From positions 4,808,267 to 4,872,266 of the forward strand of contig NW_002060947.1 of NCBI RefSeq assembly GCF_000150275.1: a stretch of 64,000 nt of DNA, read 5' to 3'. Both the position numbers and the translations under genes were made by a program. Shown piece after piece: positions 14,121-29,100 of this stretch. Below the pieces are notes generated by a model. The model searched no databases and was not told where the DNA came from. It saw only the letters and a list, made by a program, of their open reading frames with translations. How positions within the stretch are numbered: position 1 is the first letter of the stretch; every line of letters begins with the position of its first letter. The stretch is from Trichoplax adhaerens (taxonomy: Eukaryota; Animalia; Placozoa).

Positions 14121-17100
14121 CTAATAACATTTATTGACATAAGAGAAATAAATAAGAAGATAAACATTCTGATAATATTTAAGAAATCATGGATTACACC
14201 AATATCAATTTTAAGAACAGGATTATAGTTTGCAAACAGCACCCGTTCGAAGTTATACGGTTAATACTATCTTAATAATATCCTACTACTGAATAATTAA
14301 TTCGGCTAATTTTAATTGAAAAGAATAATATAACCGACAACATTATATTTACATTGCTGATAGTGCAGATGAACCATAAAATGAGCTTTCTGTTATAGTT
14401 GCCATTGGATTTGATTTTATCGATCTAAGAGAAGAATATAATTTTTACTAGGATTCTATTATTCGTAAACACCATAAACTTAAAAGACGTAAATATCTTG
14501 TTTTCGCTACATTTAATATATTGTTTTTTCATGTATGCAGTTTATTTCATCGTTTTAGAGATATTTTTACTGTGACATCTTTTCGATCTGTGGTACTCAC
14601 AATAGTTGCAATTTGGAAAGTACCCTCAAGCAACGGTTTGTTAAAATTCTTACGTTATTGAAATCTAAATATCTACAAGTAAATTAACATAGGCGAAATT
14701 AAATATTATTAATGGCATATTAAAATGTAGGTAAGAATAGATAATATGTGATAAATACTTACAGTTGTAATAAATTGGGGGCAAAATGTAAAATAGGAGC
14801 TCTTCCGCAAATAATAGACAATTTATTATGTGCTACATTCCTGCCAATGAAAATTAGCATTAGTACGAAAAATGATTAAAGTATTAAAAGCTTGTTCTTG
14901 CATAACTGGGCATATTTTTTATTATGCAATCGTATATATAGTTGTATCCGTCTAACTGTACATGTGCATGTGGTATTATAGTTGAATATTTCATTCTAAA
15001 GAAGACACTTTAATAGCATAAGCCACGCTTACAGTATCCTTAATGCATCGAAGTAGACATTGTTACTATTGGTAATTGTCCTTAATGCATTATCAGCCAG
15101 GTTTCTAAATATATATTTATAACATTCTTATTAATTGGATAATAAGAGACATGAATATAGATTAATATGATTTTCCTGATCAAATACATAATTTTAAATC
15201 ATAAATAAATTTAACAATTAAAGCTGTCAATTTTCAAGACTGCTACTTATAAAATGACTTACAGTTCCTGTAAATTATAATCATTATCTCGAAAAATTGT
15301 AGAGACATCGACGATTTCAATAGAATTGTGATTTAGGCTCCTATAATGTTAATCAAATTAGTCACAAATAGCAATAGCAATGATAATAGTTTCTTTAAAC
15401 TGCTAGTGATGCTATCATTAGCCTAAAATTAATAGTAACATTATGGTTCAAAAGGTAAACGACAAACTTAATTTTGATTACTTGATTTTTAATATTAATG
15501 TTAGATGAATCATGATTTATACAAGTAGAAGTACATGCATGGAGAGAAGAATATAAACATGTGTGTTCCATCATGACGAACTTTCGTTGAGATCTTTCCT
15601 GCCTTTCAGCTAGTGATCTCTTCTGCATTAGCTGTTACAGTGACTATATTCCATTCTATGCACATTAACTACATTTATGGTTAGTTTTTCACAATTTGAA
15701 AGCTATTTATAGTTTTCCGTAAATATTTCAAGTTACACTATCAAATGAAAGACAAGATATGAGATACTGTGAACAATCCCCGTGATAGCTTGATCTTAGC
15801 TTTATTGTCGGTTACATCTTAAATGCAGCTAAGTGTTTGTCTAATAAATAGGAAAATCATTTTTAACTATGATTAGCTTCTCTTGCTCAACGTGAATGTA
15901 ATGAAAAGTATAATCAAGTTATCCTAGTTGATTCACAAGTATTCTAAATAAATTGCAATAATTTGATTAACTGGAAGTATTATGAAAGACTCATGCCTAC
16001 ACCGATATTATGGTTTTGCATTAACTGCACCGCGCAAATATTTCGTAGATTGGATAGTTAACTGTATTATCAATAGATTATAACAGTCGTCTGTTTAAAA
16101 TAGTGAAATAACTCATTAATATTGGTTTAAGTATGTCATATCTTACCTGATTTATGAGTTATACGAACGATATTAAATAAAATGTAATTTACCGTTTCAT
16201 ATTTGAACACTTTATTAATGATTAAAGGATTCTAACTACATAACTTACAGAATTTTTAAATTGTTATTTAAATGAATAAATTCTTCTGGTGGGACTTCAC
16301 GAAGATTAGTGTTGCTTAGGTCACTAATCGGTTAATATACAATAAAATATCAAGATTTATGACAAAAGTTTAGCTACTTATAATAATGCAAGCCATCTTC
16401 AAGTTCATACTTTGAGCAATTATTTATTAGGACTTAATGGACGATATCAGCATTTACTCACATAGAATAACTATAGCATGTATTGATAGTAGGTGAGTCT
16501 GATACACAAGATTCCATCTTATAAAAACCTCGAATAGCTTGTTTAATGGCCGATAGAGACATATTGTTATTGCCTAATGAACTATAGATTCATGTACATT
16601 AATGTAATAAGTTATGAGTCCAATGCTATTTAAACATTAAAGATTCATAGATTGTGTATTTATATAATATTCTAACCTTAATGTGTACAATTTGTACAAA
16701 TTTGACGCTAAGAGCAACACTTACATTCCTCTAAGACTGGGATTCCTCTTGAAATAGGATTGCGGTATTGCTGTAATGTTATTACCGGCTAACAGCCTGC
16801 AATGGTATGCAATAGTAAAATATTAAGCTAAATAATACTAAAATGCAAGGTTTAACTAAGACAATTGAGTTTTCTCAATATGCAAAAACTATTCCTTTAA
16901 TTAATTAGACTAAAATGATGTGTTGATTAAGTATTCAATATTGATTGTCAGCCGGATACTTACAAATTTGTCAGTTTACTTGATAATTTAATCAAGATTT
17001 GATCGTATAATTCAATCCCATTTGATATAAGATTATTATAACTTATATCCCTTTTAATGAATATAAAAATTACTTGAAGTAAATCCTTCAAATAGAATTA

Positions 17101-20100
17101 ATACATATACAAAGTCAGCAAGTAAAAATTCTTGCTAAAATTACACACCATGTTACGAGGGAATATAAAATGTAAAGTCTGAAATATGTTGGAAGGACGT
17201 TTAACTGTGAATGTCTTGTTCTGGTACGAGTTAAGTTCTTGAATACCATACTAATTACTAATAAAGAAACATAGGATCTAACTGCGCGTGGATCAAGATC
17301 AATTCTATGGCTTAAAATATCTATATAATGTTCTACTACATCCCGTAGTAAGCTTGTGGATCCTAATTAGTACAGTACCGTCACAATACAAACTACCGTA
17401 AAAAACTGGATGACTAAATTTAGTAAATTAACATTTCTATATGGTGATTAGAATGGATTACTAATGGTAGCAATCACTATTGTTATAACTTGTTACAGTA
17501 AATTAAAACTGGGTGGTGTGCTGCAGTAAGAATTTTTATATACTGGCGATAGGAGATCGTCAGCACTTGTAGTCGTGCTGTAGATAGATATCAGGGAGAA
17601 CAAGCTTAGTAGTAGACATGTAGCAATTAGTTTTCGTCATAGTTCCCTTTTTTCATTGTTGCAATTTTAGATTTATAACAAAGTTATCTGGAATTAGTCG
17701 CTAGATGTCCATGACTATTAATATGGCTGTACTAATTTGGTTGATAAATTAAGTGAAACTTTACCGTTGAAATATTAAGATAAAGTATTGTTATTAGATG
17801 CTGCCGAAGTGTACCGTATATAAACCTAGTATACAATTGAATAAAATTAATTCTCTAGTCGTTTAACGTAGAAGCAAAGACGTCTAAGTTCTTTGTGTGT
17901 AATTAATTATTTAATAGATCCCAGAGAATATAGAAAATTTAGGAATCGCTTTAACGTAGCTCTTGTTATGAAGCTGTTTGTAAATTTTTGATTCTAACTT
18001 ATTGCTGGATGAATAAATGCTGTAATATTGGGAGTTCTTTGGTACGTTGTTGACTGTTGATTTACTGATAAAATTTACTTACAATTTATGATTGATATTT
18101 CCAAATAATCTTTCACAATTTTGTGCAATGTAGGAGATGTTATTATTGTTTATCCTCCTAAATTTAACAGAATGAATTAAATAGATACGTGTAATATCTG
18201 TTGACATATGTCAGTTTCTAGTGCCGCATTACAACTATATGATATAATACTGCATATCTACGCCTATGTCTACGTATCAAGCACACCAGCAATTTAGTAT
18301 TTTGCAGAATTAGTTTAGTGTCGTGGTTACAATATCGCGTTATTGAATCAAGATAAGCGCCATGATAAATAAAATTTGTGTTTATATTATATACTCATAG
18401 ATTCCAAATCTTTAGCAATGAATATTTGTACACCTTTTTAAGATATTATCAATATGAATTGCTAATCTGCAATTAAATGTATTTGGATAGATTGGCATGA
18501 TTAAGTATTATAATAATACTTACAAATCTATAATAGTTAGATAAATTGAGATGCAGTTTAAACTGGTAAGTTTATTGCGGTTCAATGACCTAATATTATA
18601 AAGAGAATATACAAAGACCAAGATATCGGTAAGATATCAGAAAATGAATGGGATAGCGAGAGTGTTATCTTGCTTTTATCTGCTTCTGCCTACTTTATAC
18701 ATAGTCTATTTATTCACTTACAGTAACTGTAAATTTAATAATGTTACAAAACTGTCGTTGGAAATCTCTGTTATTCTGTTTTCATCTAAATATCTATAAT
18801 TTAATAATCAAGCCAACGTTAATTAAAGAGTTATTTAGATTTAAGTAATGGATTAAATGCAATTATATAATATTGTAATAGAATATGAATTAGCATACAT
18901 AGATTGGAGTTTAGTTAAATTTTTAAATGGCGCCTCAGCTATAGTAGAAATTCGATTTCCACGGCAATTTCTAAGATATCAATTTATATGTACAGACAAG
19001 TAGATGAAAGTCGAGATTGTAGTTATTAATATTAGCATTCATATATGTTATGGTTGGACTATCAATTTATAACAGTAAGGCTTTGTATACGTAAAGATTC
19101 TCTACCGGAAACTTTGTAAACGGTATGGAAAGGAAACTACGAAAACTGGTAACATGTTAAAACAATGACTTACAAAAACCTTAAATTCTCTAAATCCGTA
19201 GAAAGTGTTCCATTCAAGGAAATGATTTGGTTAAAGCTGATATCACTGAAACATTAAAATATTATTAAATTGCTTGTTTGGTCTCGACGTCCTCTACGCT
19301 AGGTCTTAAAAAATAATTTGTATACAGTGAAGATAATTGTGATAATTTGATGAATGCCTGACTTGCAACCATTGATATTTTGTTATGATCCAATTTTCTA
19401 ATAGTAAATTAATAAATGAATTAGATTTATAAAGAAGGATACAGGAACGATTTGCTGCTATAAATATACACATTATATTATCGATGTATCTGAAGTATGC
19501 TGGCAATTGTAGAATCATCAATGTTATAGCCACTCACAAGTGTTTTAAACTCGAGCATTCGCTAAATAAGCTATCTTCAAGAATTTCTATTAGATTGAAA
19601 CTCAGGTGCCTTGTAATAGATTACACATGGTATGTACAATGCCTTAATAACGATTATGCGCTCTTCAATGTTTGATTTGGTTTAAATTTTTTCAATTCTT
19701 ACAATATGACGATTTTGCAAGAATTATTAAAATAGCTATTTTTCAGATCTCTAATTCGATTGTTGGAGGCATACCTAAGTAAGATATAAAGTTAAGGAAT
19801 TTAAATTTAAATTCTGAATACGAAATGAATTTTATCATAAGCACCTATTCATCAAGATACAGTTCTATATTTATGTAATAATCTAGTTAAATCAGATAAT
19901 TTTAGTTTCGCTTAGCTCATTACCGGTACGTATTTCATTACTTCAATTAGGAGAATATTCATTTGACTTACAATATATTCAGTTTATGCAGTGGCTGAAT
20001 AAAGTCCAGAGTATCGATTCGATTGTTTCGAATATTCCTTATGAAAAAACATGATATTTGGAGATTTGTCGATATGTTGGTGATAATTGTATTTTAATAT

Positions 20101-23100
20101 TGTTAATATTATTTTGATTACGGAACGGTTTGCATATGCACTTAATAATTTAGAAGTTTAATTGATTGGACTAAAATAATTGCTACAGTTGATTAATTTA
20201 CGAAAGCAGTAATGACACTGGCAATAAGAAGATAATTTATGAATTATCGTCGCAATACTGATAGTCTATTCCGTAGTCTTGCTAATCTATCGTTTCTTAC
20301 AGTTCCTTCAAGTTAATTGTTGAATTAAATGTATTCGGCTTAATATACTCTAGTCGGTTGTCATTTATATTGCTATAATTCAAAAGAAAAGAAAGATGTT
20401 ATGTGAATGAGTAAAATTTATTCTATTACTGCTCTACTATAATTACACCAAGACGAAATACATACAACGTAGAGAGCATCGTGAAATTTTGAAATGATGG
20501 AAAAAGTTCGGTTGTGAGCCTAGTGATTCTGTTCATGCTAACATCGCTAAACATTAAGATTATCAACATTTAAGTGATTACATCTATATAAATGCTTTAG
20601 AAAGATAGATATGGTAGCGTCTCTATCTCATTTGGATTAAATTATACAACTTAAAGAATCATTGCATGGATTTATCGTATTCTGAGTATTACTTGATGTA
20701 ATCTACAATAGCTTATTCAAGTTTGTAAGCCTTAAGAGCTAGTGAGAGGACACTTGGTAGCATTCCGATTTTTACATTATGATGCACGTATATCTCACAA
20801 GAGTTCACTTGAGTTCACTTATGCAAAGTATTAACTTACATAGAAGAAATGGCAGGAAGATTTTGGAAAGAAAGACTGGAGGCACTAATTAATTTGTTGC
20901 TAGAGATATTGCTAAAAAGATTTTAGTCGTTGTATTACTGTAATATTTCGATTGCATTTTAAAACAGTTAGAAAATAAAGTATATGGAAATTCACTTCTT
21001 GGCTGATCACGACTGTAATGTAATCAATTTTCTGTTTGTTTTATCTACTTGTATTTTATAATATAAGTCGAATTACATTTTTTTCAAGTGTTGAAAACAT
21101 CCAAATACTTTAAACGTATGGATTAAATTATTGGAAAGTTCCCTAAGTTAATAATTTAAATCAAATGCATTTCAGATATAAATTCTATATCTTTCGGTAG
21201 TTGGCTATATTATATTGTATGAAAAACAATTAGTAAAATAGAGTGACGTAAATATAAATGGCTACCATAAGATGATAAATTATAATATAGTTATGAGAAT
21301 AAATTAATATTCAATGCTTTCTTCCTCTGCACAAATAAGATTTTTCGAGTTTTCAAACAACCGGTTTATTATAAATTAATTATTGAATTAATACGGAAAC
21401 AGATTGGATAAAATACTTTACGATATGTACGATACAGGATTTTTTGTTGCATTGTGACATCTAGGATAGTTCAATGTTAATAATTGTAACTCACATTTTG
21501 GAAATGTTGTAGGTAATATTAGATGAACAGGCCATATTGACTTTTCGTATTTTATTTTTGGATAATCCGCTATTATATCATAAATCAAGAAAAATATTAT
21601 TTCTTTTACCAATATATAGTCTACATCTTTTAGAAGGGTGTGTGTTACGAAATTTAGCTTTTTCGTAAAATGCCTCCAAGTGCTTATATTCTACTTACTA
21701 GTGTTGTAAAGATTTAAAAGTATCTAGAGAAAGATCTGTTAGATAGTGAAAAAGATTTCCATCAAGCCAACTACACGTTGTAACAAAACAAAAATGTTGA
21801 GAAACATGAGAAGTTTTATATTGGTAATTGAAATATTTACTAGGATGCCATAAAAATGTACTGTTTGGGGTTTACAATCTCTTAGGCTCGCAATCCAAAA
21901 AATCGAAATTTGAGTTATTAAAATTTAGCAAATCTCTTAACTAACACAAATAGCACAATTTCTAAAAACACTACTGAATGCTAACTTATACAGCTGAACA
22001 ATAATCACACTTTCAATTAGAAAATTTACAAAATTTAAGGAAAAGGTTTCATTTGTAAAGCTAATCTATGGCACTTCATAGAAATTATCAGGTACTAATA
22101 TTTTTCGATTTATTCTTTTGTAAAAAGAATATAAACTAACATATTTTAATAACAAAACATATTTTAGATACGGCAGTTTCTAAAACACCAGCTAATATCT
22201 ACAATATATGCAATATATATAGACTGCGAATCTATAACTATTCGTACGAACCTATGAATGCAAATCTGAATCAAAATAACTAAAGTCTGGGTTATTTTCT
22301 ATATATATATGCAATTAAAAATAATATTCTCACATTTCGGTAATATTTTTCAGGCCGGAGAAGGCATATGGTTGTATGGATTGGATTTTATTTGATCTTA
22401 AGTATCTAATTGGAAAAATTTTTAATATTACCAAAGAGATTTTACTAAAACAATGATTTGTCTTCTAGTTTATCAGAAACAGTAATAATTACTCACAACA
22501 ACTGCAGCTTTGATAAATTNNNNNNNNNNNNNNNNNNNNNNNNNNNNNNNNNNNNNNNNNNNNNNNNNNNNNNNNNNNNNNNNNNNNNNNNNNNNNNNNN
22601 NNNNNNNNNNNNNNNNNNNNNNNNNNNNNNNNNNNNNNNNNNNNNNNNNNNNNNTCATAATGAGTCTTACGGTCCCAGTTAAATCAGATTAATTTTGAAC
22701 CTATGTTATCAGCCTTAACTGGTGACTAAGAAAATACTAAGAGTTGTATAATAGTTATATTCTCTTTAGCTTATAAGAAGTAATCAGGCACTAGCCAATA
22801 AGTTGATCTAAACTGACAAATATTACAGTGAGTAATGGGCTTTCAGTCGCACTTAAATCGAATTAATTTTGATACAAGCCTCAGCTTGTAACTAAGAAAA
22901 CACTAAGGGTCGATTGTTTTTCTGATCTCCTTGACTTTAAATTACTTTACTACTCGATACTGACGATTTTCATCGCCAGGTAGTCTCTGCAACAACATAT
23001 TTCTCCTAGACTAAATATCAAATTCTATTCATAGTCCTACTAATTTATGGTATCGTAAAATAAATTTCAATTAATGGTATTTAAACAACATTTTAAAGTA

Positions 23101-26100
23101 TGCCATTTACTACGCAAGCTAAGATAATGATGATATTGTGAGTAGATACCAAATTGTGTTACCTTAAGAAGAAAGGCATCAAGAATTTTTATATTGCGCG
23201 TTTAATACTTACAAACTTTTTAGACTATGAAGGTTGCTGAAGACCGTCTGATTGAGTGAAGGCAGGTAATTATTAGTGATATGCCTATGATAAAATGAAA
23301 TAAATAATTTAGAGCCAGAAAATGCTGCTAATGAGATTTCCATCTACCGAATTAGTAATATATTTAACCAAATGCTGGATAGAAATAAGACACTAATTTA
23401 ATAACCGGAAACAATGTAGTCTTACGTATGTATTTTACTAGTTTGCCATCAAGAAAGTTCTTAATTTTCATTGAGTTTCGAATTGTTTAAACTTATTACG
23501 CGTCATAATATCGTAATTTTATCTATTATTTCAGTTGCATCTTATTCAGTTGTCATTTGTTAGCTCTTAATACCAGAAGTTTGTTGCAAATCAGCTTTTT
23601 TACGAGAGTAACATTGAATAAATATTTGAATTTACGAAACTTGGGAGAATAACTTATCTCGTTAACTTGTAAATCTTACAAGGATTCAGATATCTTTGCT
23701 TTTACGTTAAAAAAATAACAAGATAAACGATTTTATATAACCTGCCAAGCCTATAGTTATACTTTTCTCTAATAGTTAAAAATATCATTTGTCATTTCTA
23801 TTTATATATCTTAGCAGAGAACTTTTACTCAATTTATTGGTATTCATAGATAAACTCGCCTGATGGCATGGAATCTTAAATCAAAGTCGCCTTCCGCTGT
23901 AGTTTACGAAATGATTTAAAGTGTAACTTATAATCAATTTTCTGCTAGAATTATAGCTGCGAGGACTTGTCTTGTAACTGATTAATTTTTAAACCGCCAT
24001 ATAATCATATCTGTCACACTATGGCACAAAAATTTACGGCCGTATATTGTAATTGTATTAATCATAATTCACAGTACAAGTATTGAATCGAAATCATGAC
24101 ATCAGAATACGCACATGTAAGTTCATTAAAATTTAAGCAAGCAATCTATTTATAACGGCAGATGGACAGCGATAAATCTGCGTTTAGCACCCATGGTAAA
24201 ATTATAAAATGTGAACGAGTACATACGCTAAAGTTGTATTGTGATTTTAAATTGTATGATGTGCAAGATATAACATTTTTAATTTAATGAAGGAATTTAA
24301 CTTGTATGTATGCAGTTATTAAAGATTTAGACTTACAGCTTTTCGAGTTTATTCAGTCCAGTAAAAGCATTAATTTCCATGTAATGAATTTCGTTAGACG
24401 TTAAATCCCTAAATCGTAAATAAACCTAAGCAACTTATTCTTACATTTATTCTGTATACCTTTTCTAATAATAGATTAGTTTCGAAATTTTTTTGTATAC
24501 TAAATTAGCAGTAATTATATGTAACAGTACTGTAATGATAAAATAAGCCATGTGGAGTAGAGTGCGTATAGCTAGCAGTTAATTATATTATATTTTCCGG
24601 ACTTTGTCTGTGTTTAGATGCTAAGCTATATACTCTACATATAAAGATGTATTTGTGTTGATTATAATTTGTGTATCACTGATTGCCCATTAATTACTCA
24701 ATTTTTATTAACTCAAATTTTGGGTTACAAGGCGAACCGAAGTAATAGCAGGAGACTATTGCTCGGCCATTATATCGAAATATTACTGGAATCATACTTT
24801 TTAATGCATAATTATAAAAGGGCTTGTTTGCTGAGCATTGATTGCTTAAACCTATACTGTTGCTATAGCTAGTAGATTTAGACTAGTTTCCTAGATAGTT
24901 GATGAAATAAAATATAAATGTGTTGTTAGCTAGCCAAATAGCATAATTTTTTGTGTACTTTTGGCTTACATCAAAATTTAAACCTAGTGTTTTAATCATA
25001 AAGTTCAAATGAAATGATGAACTTTCTTATGTCCACTTTTAGCAGTCAAATAGTACAATATTTTTTTCTGGTGTGATTTAGATAGTTAAAAAATTGAAAA
25101 AATAAAATGGCTCGATATTTGATAGTTACTTGGACCGCTGATCTTATGGTAAGCTACATTCTCTTAAATGCAGTATTTTCATNNNNNNNNNNNNNNNNNN
25201 NNNNNNNNNNNNNNNNNNNNNNNNNNNNNNNNNNNNNNNNNNNNNNNNNNNNNNNNNNNNNNNNNNNNNNNNNNNNNNNNNNNNNNNNNNNNNNNNNNNN
25301 NNNNNNNNNNNNNNNNNNNNNNNNNNNNNNNNNNNNNNNNNNNNNNNNNNNNNNNNNNNNNNNNNNNNNNNNNNNNNNNNNNNNNNNNNNNNNNNNNNNN
25401 NNNNNNNNNNNNNNNNNNNNNNNNNNNNNNNNNNNNNNNNNNNNNNNNNNNNNNNNNNNNNNNNNNNNNNNNNNNNNNNNNNNNNTCTAATGTCAGGATA
25501 TGTTAAACAGTAGTTTCTAGTACACTGTTTGGCAAGACATCTATTAAAATATAGACTTCAAACTGCTAGGACTTCTGAAACTAGACAGTATAGCAATAAT
25601 TTATACGCAAGTATCATCGGAAATTAACTAGTTAGATAGTTACATTTACCGTAGCATTAAAATGGTACTTACAGCGTTATTAGTGATGCCAGAGATTTAA
25701 AAGTATTCACTTGCAAATATCGAATATTATTATGGCTAAGTAACCTATAGTTTGTTCATAAGTTAAGTAATCAGTCAAATTTCTTTGTAATAGTTTTTCT
25801 TATGATATATCAGAGATTCAAGATATTTTTGAACGAATGAGCATAAATACTCAACCTACAAATGTGTTAGGTTATGTAGTCCATAAAATGTTTTCTCATG
25901 TATACGCTCCAACGAAGAAGTATTCAAATATCTACGAAAAATTTTATTTTACAACCATTTAAATGTAAAAAAATGCCGTTAATTCCTTAAATTTGGATTA
26001 TTTAATATTTTTTCGCTGCAGATGTTACAAAATAATACTATAGTTTATTTATATCATTTAATAAATGGACTGCTTAAATATTAAAAATATATAGCAATGA

Positions 26101-29100
26101 ATTTGATGCTTATGATACTTTATTGCAGTTCTTTAATTGAGCCTCGATATTTGACAATATGCTTACATTTTACGTAGATTCAAATTGCCATTGAATCCAA
26201 AAAGGTACGGGGGCAAAATTTGAATGCGTGTTGACGATAAACTTCTGTAGTAGAAGATTGATTTGAAAAGTATATTAATAAAATTGTTTTGAAGTTATTG
26301 AATAATGCTTTCTAGGATAGCAAAGTAGCTGCTATTTGTATTTATATTTAAAGAAGGGAATTCTTACATTTCTTTTAAAGCTGTACAATTCGAAAAAGCA
26401 AGAGAGGATACATTTTTAATTGTGCATCCAGTAAGGTATCTAATATAGATAAAATTTAATTGCTTTCAATAGTTTATTATTAAAGAGTGTACTGATTGAA
26501 AAAGCAATGAAATTGATTTTTTAAGATAAGCGCATTAGATATGTCAAACCAACAGGTATTGCAGGTTCGTATTGTTGGAGAAAAAACTGTCTTTGATCTC
26601 AGTCAGCGAGCAAACTCCAAAATTTTTACAGCCAATATATATGAATATACTTACATTAAAATATTTTTCTATGTGTTTAACGGCAGTTTTAATTACTAGT
26701 GGGACACTTTACTCCATCGTATAATAGCAATACCTTTTTAGTAGATAAAATGGTTTCTTACAAAGTACTTATTCCAGAGGATCCTTCCAAACTTGTTTTG
26801 CTAATGGTACGAATATTATTATCTTGAAATATCCTGAAGATAATCAATAATACAACTCAAAAATTAAAAAACCAGCTTTAACTGTATCAAAAAGGTACTT
26901 CTTGTAGTTGAATATTGTACATAACTTACAAGTAGCTAAGCGATGGTAGATTGCTAAAAACGTAACTGTCGATCAATACGAGTTTATTCCAAGAAAGATC
27001 TCTATGAATTGACATAGTCATTATTAATCAATAATTAACCATGATTAATGATTGTGATATCTTTACGCTACGAATAAAAGATCAATTTTAGATCGTGATC
27101 TACGTGTGTATGCAGTTTTGTCACGTTACGAGCTTCAGTGAAGACTAAATGAATAAATTTAGTGGTTAACCTTTATATATAGAGATAACTAATAATAACT
27201 TACAGTAAGAACTACGGTAGTTATTATTTTGCTACAGTAAAGTATGCTGTACTGTAGTAAGAGTTCTTATACAATAGCTAATGTTAACTGATTATAGTGT
27301 TATGTCTTGTAACGCTTGTGATGAATATCCTAATAATATTCAATTATAGATGATACTATAAATAATTTTGTGTATGTACATACTTGTCACGGTACGAACT
27401 ACCGTGAAGAAATAGCTATCTAAATTTGGTTAATATAATATAGTGATAATATATTACACCTAGTTCCTTACAATAGGAATTACTCTAATTATAAATGTGT
27501 TACAGTAAATTTAATGCCGTGCTGTAATGTGTACTGAAATGATTCTGTGAATGGACATATTGTAGTCCGACTGTGAAAAACTAGTTAGTAGATGTTCTCA
27601 CCTAAGTATTTTTATAAGATGACTTGTGAATGTTAGCTGCTGTAGAAGGGTATATAAGCCCGTCAGATATTTGAATAAAGCAGTTCTCAATTGTCTAGTT
27701 GAGTTTAACGTAGAATCAAAGGCGTCTAAATTCTTGTGAGGTAGTTAAGGGGTACTGAATTCCGGAAGACTATAGTAATTTAGAGATTTGTTTTACGTTA
27801 TCCTTGTCACGAAGCTGGTTTGTGACAATACTGTAATCTAATTATCTAGAATCGTTCAGTACATGTCTAAGATTATGAATAATTTCTGCATCAATTTAGC
27901 TATCCAATATGAACTAAATTAATGAACTGTTATGACCCATACATGACAGTAGCTACCGAAGGGTTTTTAAGCTTAGCAAATAGTTGAATAAAGAAGAGTT
28001 CTATAGTCGTTTAACGTCGAAGCAAATGCGTCTAAATTCTTATGAGATAGTTAAGGGATACTGAATTCCGGAGACTATATTAATTTAGAGATTTGTTTTA
28101 CGTTATCTTTGTCACGAAGCTGGTTTGTGACAAGTTTATATACTAATTAGTGGACGTTAAAATAGCTAGGTATTCTATCGAGGTTATCTTAGATATTTTT
28201 CGAATATTCTATCAGAAAGAAAAAAGGAGGGTGCTTGTTTTGTTTTAGCCAAGTGCTACAACTACCCCGCAACACAAGAAACAATGCAGTACTTAAAGTA
28301 AACTTTACTTTAATCCGTAAGACTAGTTCCGTAGCCTACGATTCAGTAACTACAGTAGAATCTTGGCGAAGTACACACTAACGCACAACATAAAATAACG
28401 TAACTCTCTTCACATTTTTATTGATTGCTATTCCACTGATATGCTCTATCAGTCATATTAAACATATTTACTACGATGTCAACACATTTTTAATAAAAAT
28501 AAAGTTATTACGATTAAGTTATCATACACGGACATTTGAAAGTAATAAACAGTTTTATACATAAGTTTATCTAAATTACGAGCTCTATCAAACTTCTATA
28601 TTTCAAATACCTGCTAGAAATGTTTACTAATTCCTTATAATGTCCTAAAGATCTACTTTATCACTAATAGCAGTAATTTACGAAGCAGTGCTTTAAATTT
28701 CGAAGAAGTTCAAAACAAAATGCTATCGTAAACTATAAACCTATATCTTAGTTATTTTCATGACTGTGACACCAATTTATCGCCGTAATAAAATAAACTG
28801 TAATAACTAAGTTAATATTGGTGAGTAATTTCAATCATTGAAAATGAATTGTATTTAGATAATTCTCGCATTTTTCAAGAACATACATTTTAACTTTAAT
28901 GCAGTAATATTTTATTTCATGCTTGGGACAGCTTATGTTACGAATCGAAATTTTTGATGAGGAGACAACTAAACTACTACAGAAGCTAAATCTAGGGGCC
29001 TGCTATCACTCTTATCCTCCCCGACATTTACCTACTTTGCGATTTTAAATACTGACAATCTTCTATCGCCAGGAGGAACAGTAACCGCTGGTTCCTATTT

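Noticed and set aside
14121-14242. N-terminal ~40 aa (hydrophobic) of the 558-aa ORF as a signal peptide of a stand-alone GPCR
   Set aside because: It lies upstream of an AG acceptor at the same position as in LGR-B and is not conserved in the paralog; it is intronic read-through of the frame.
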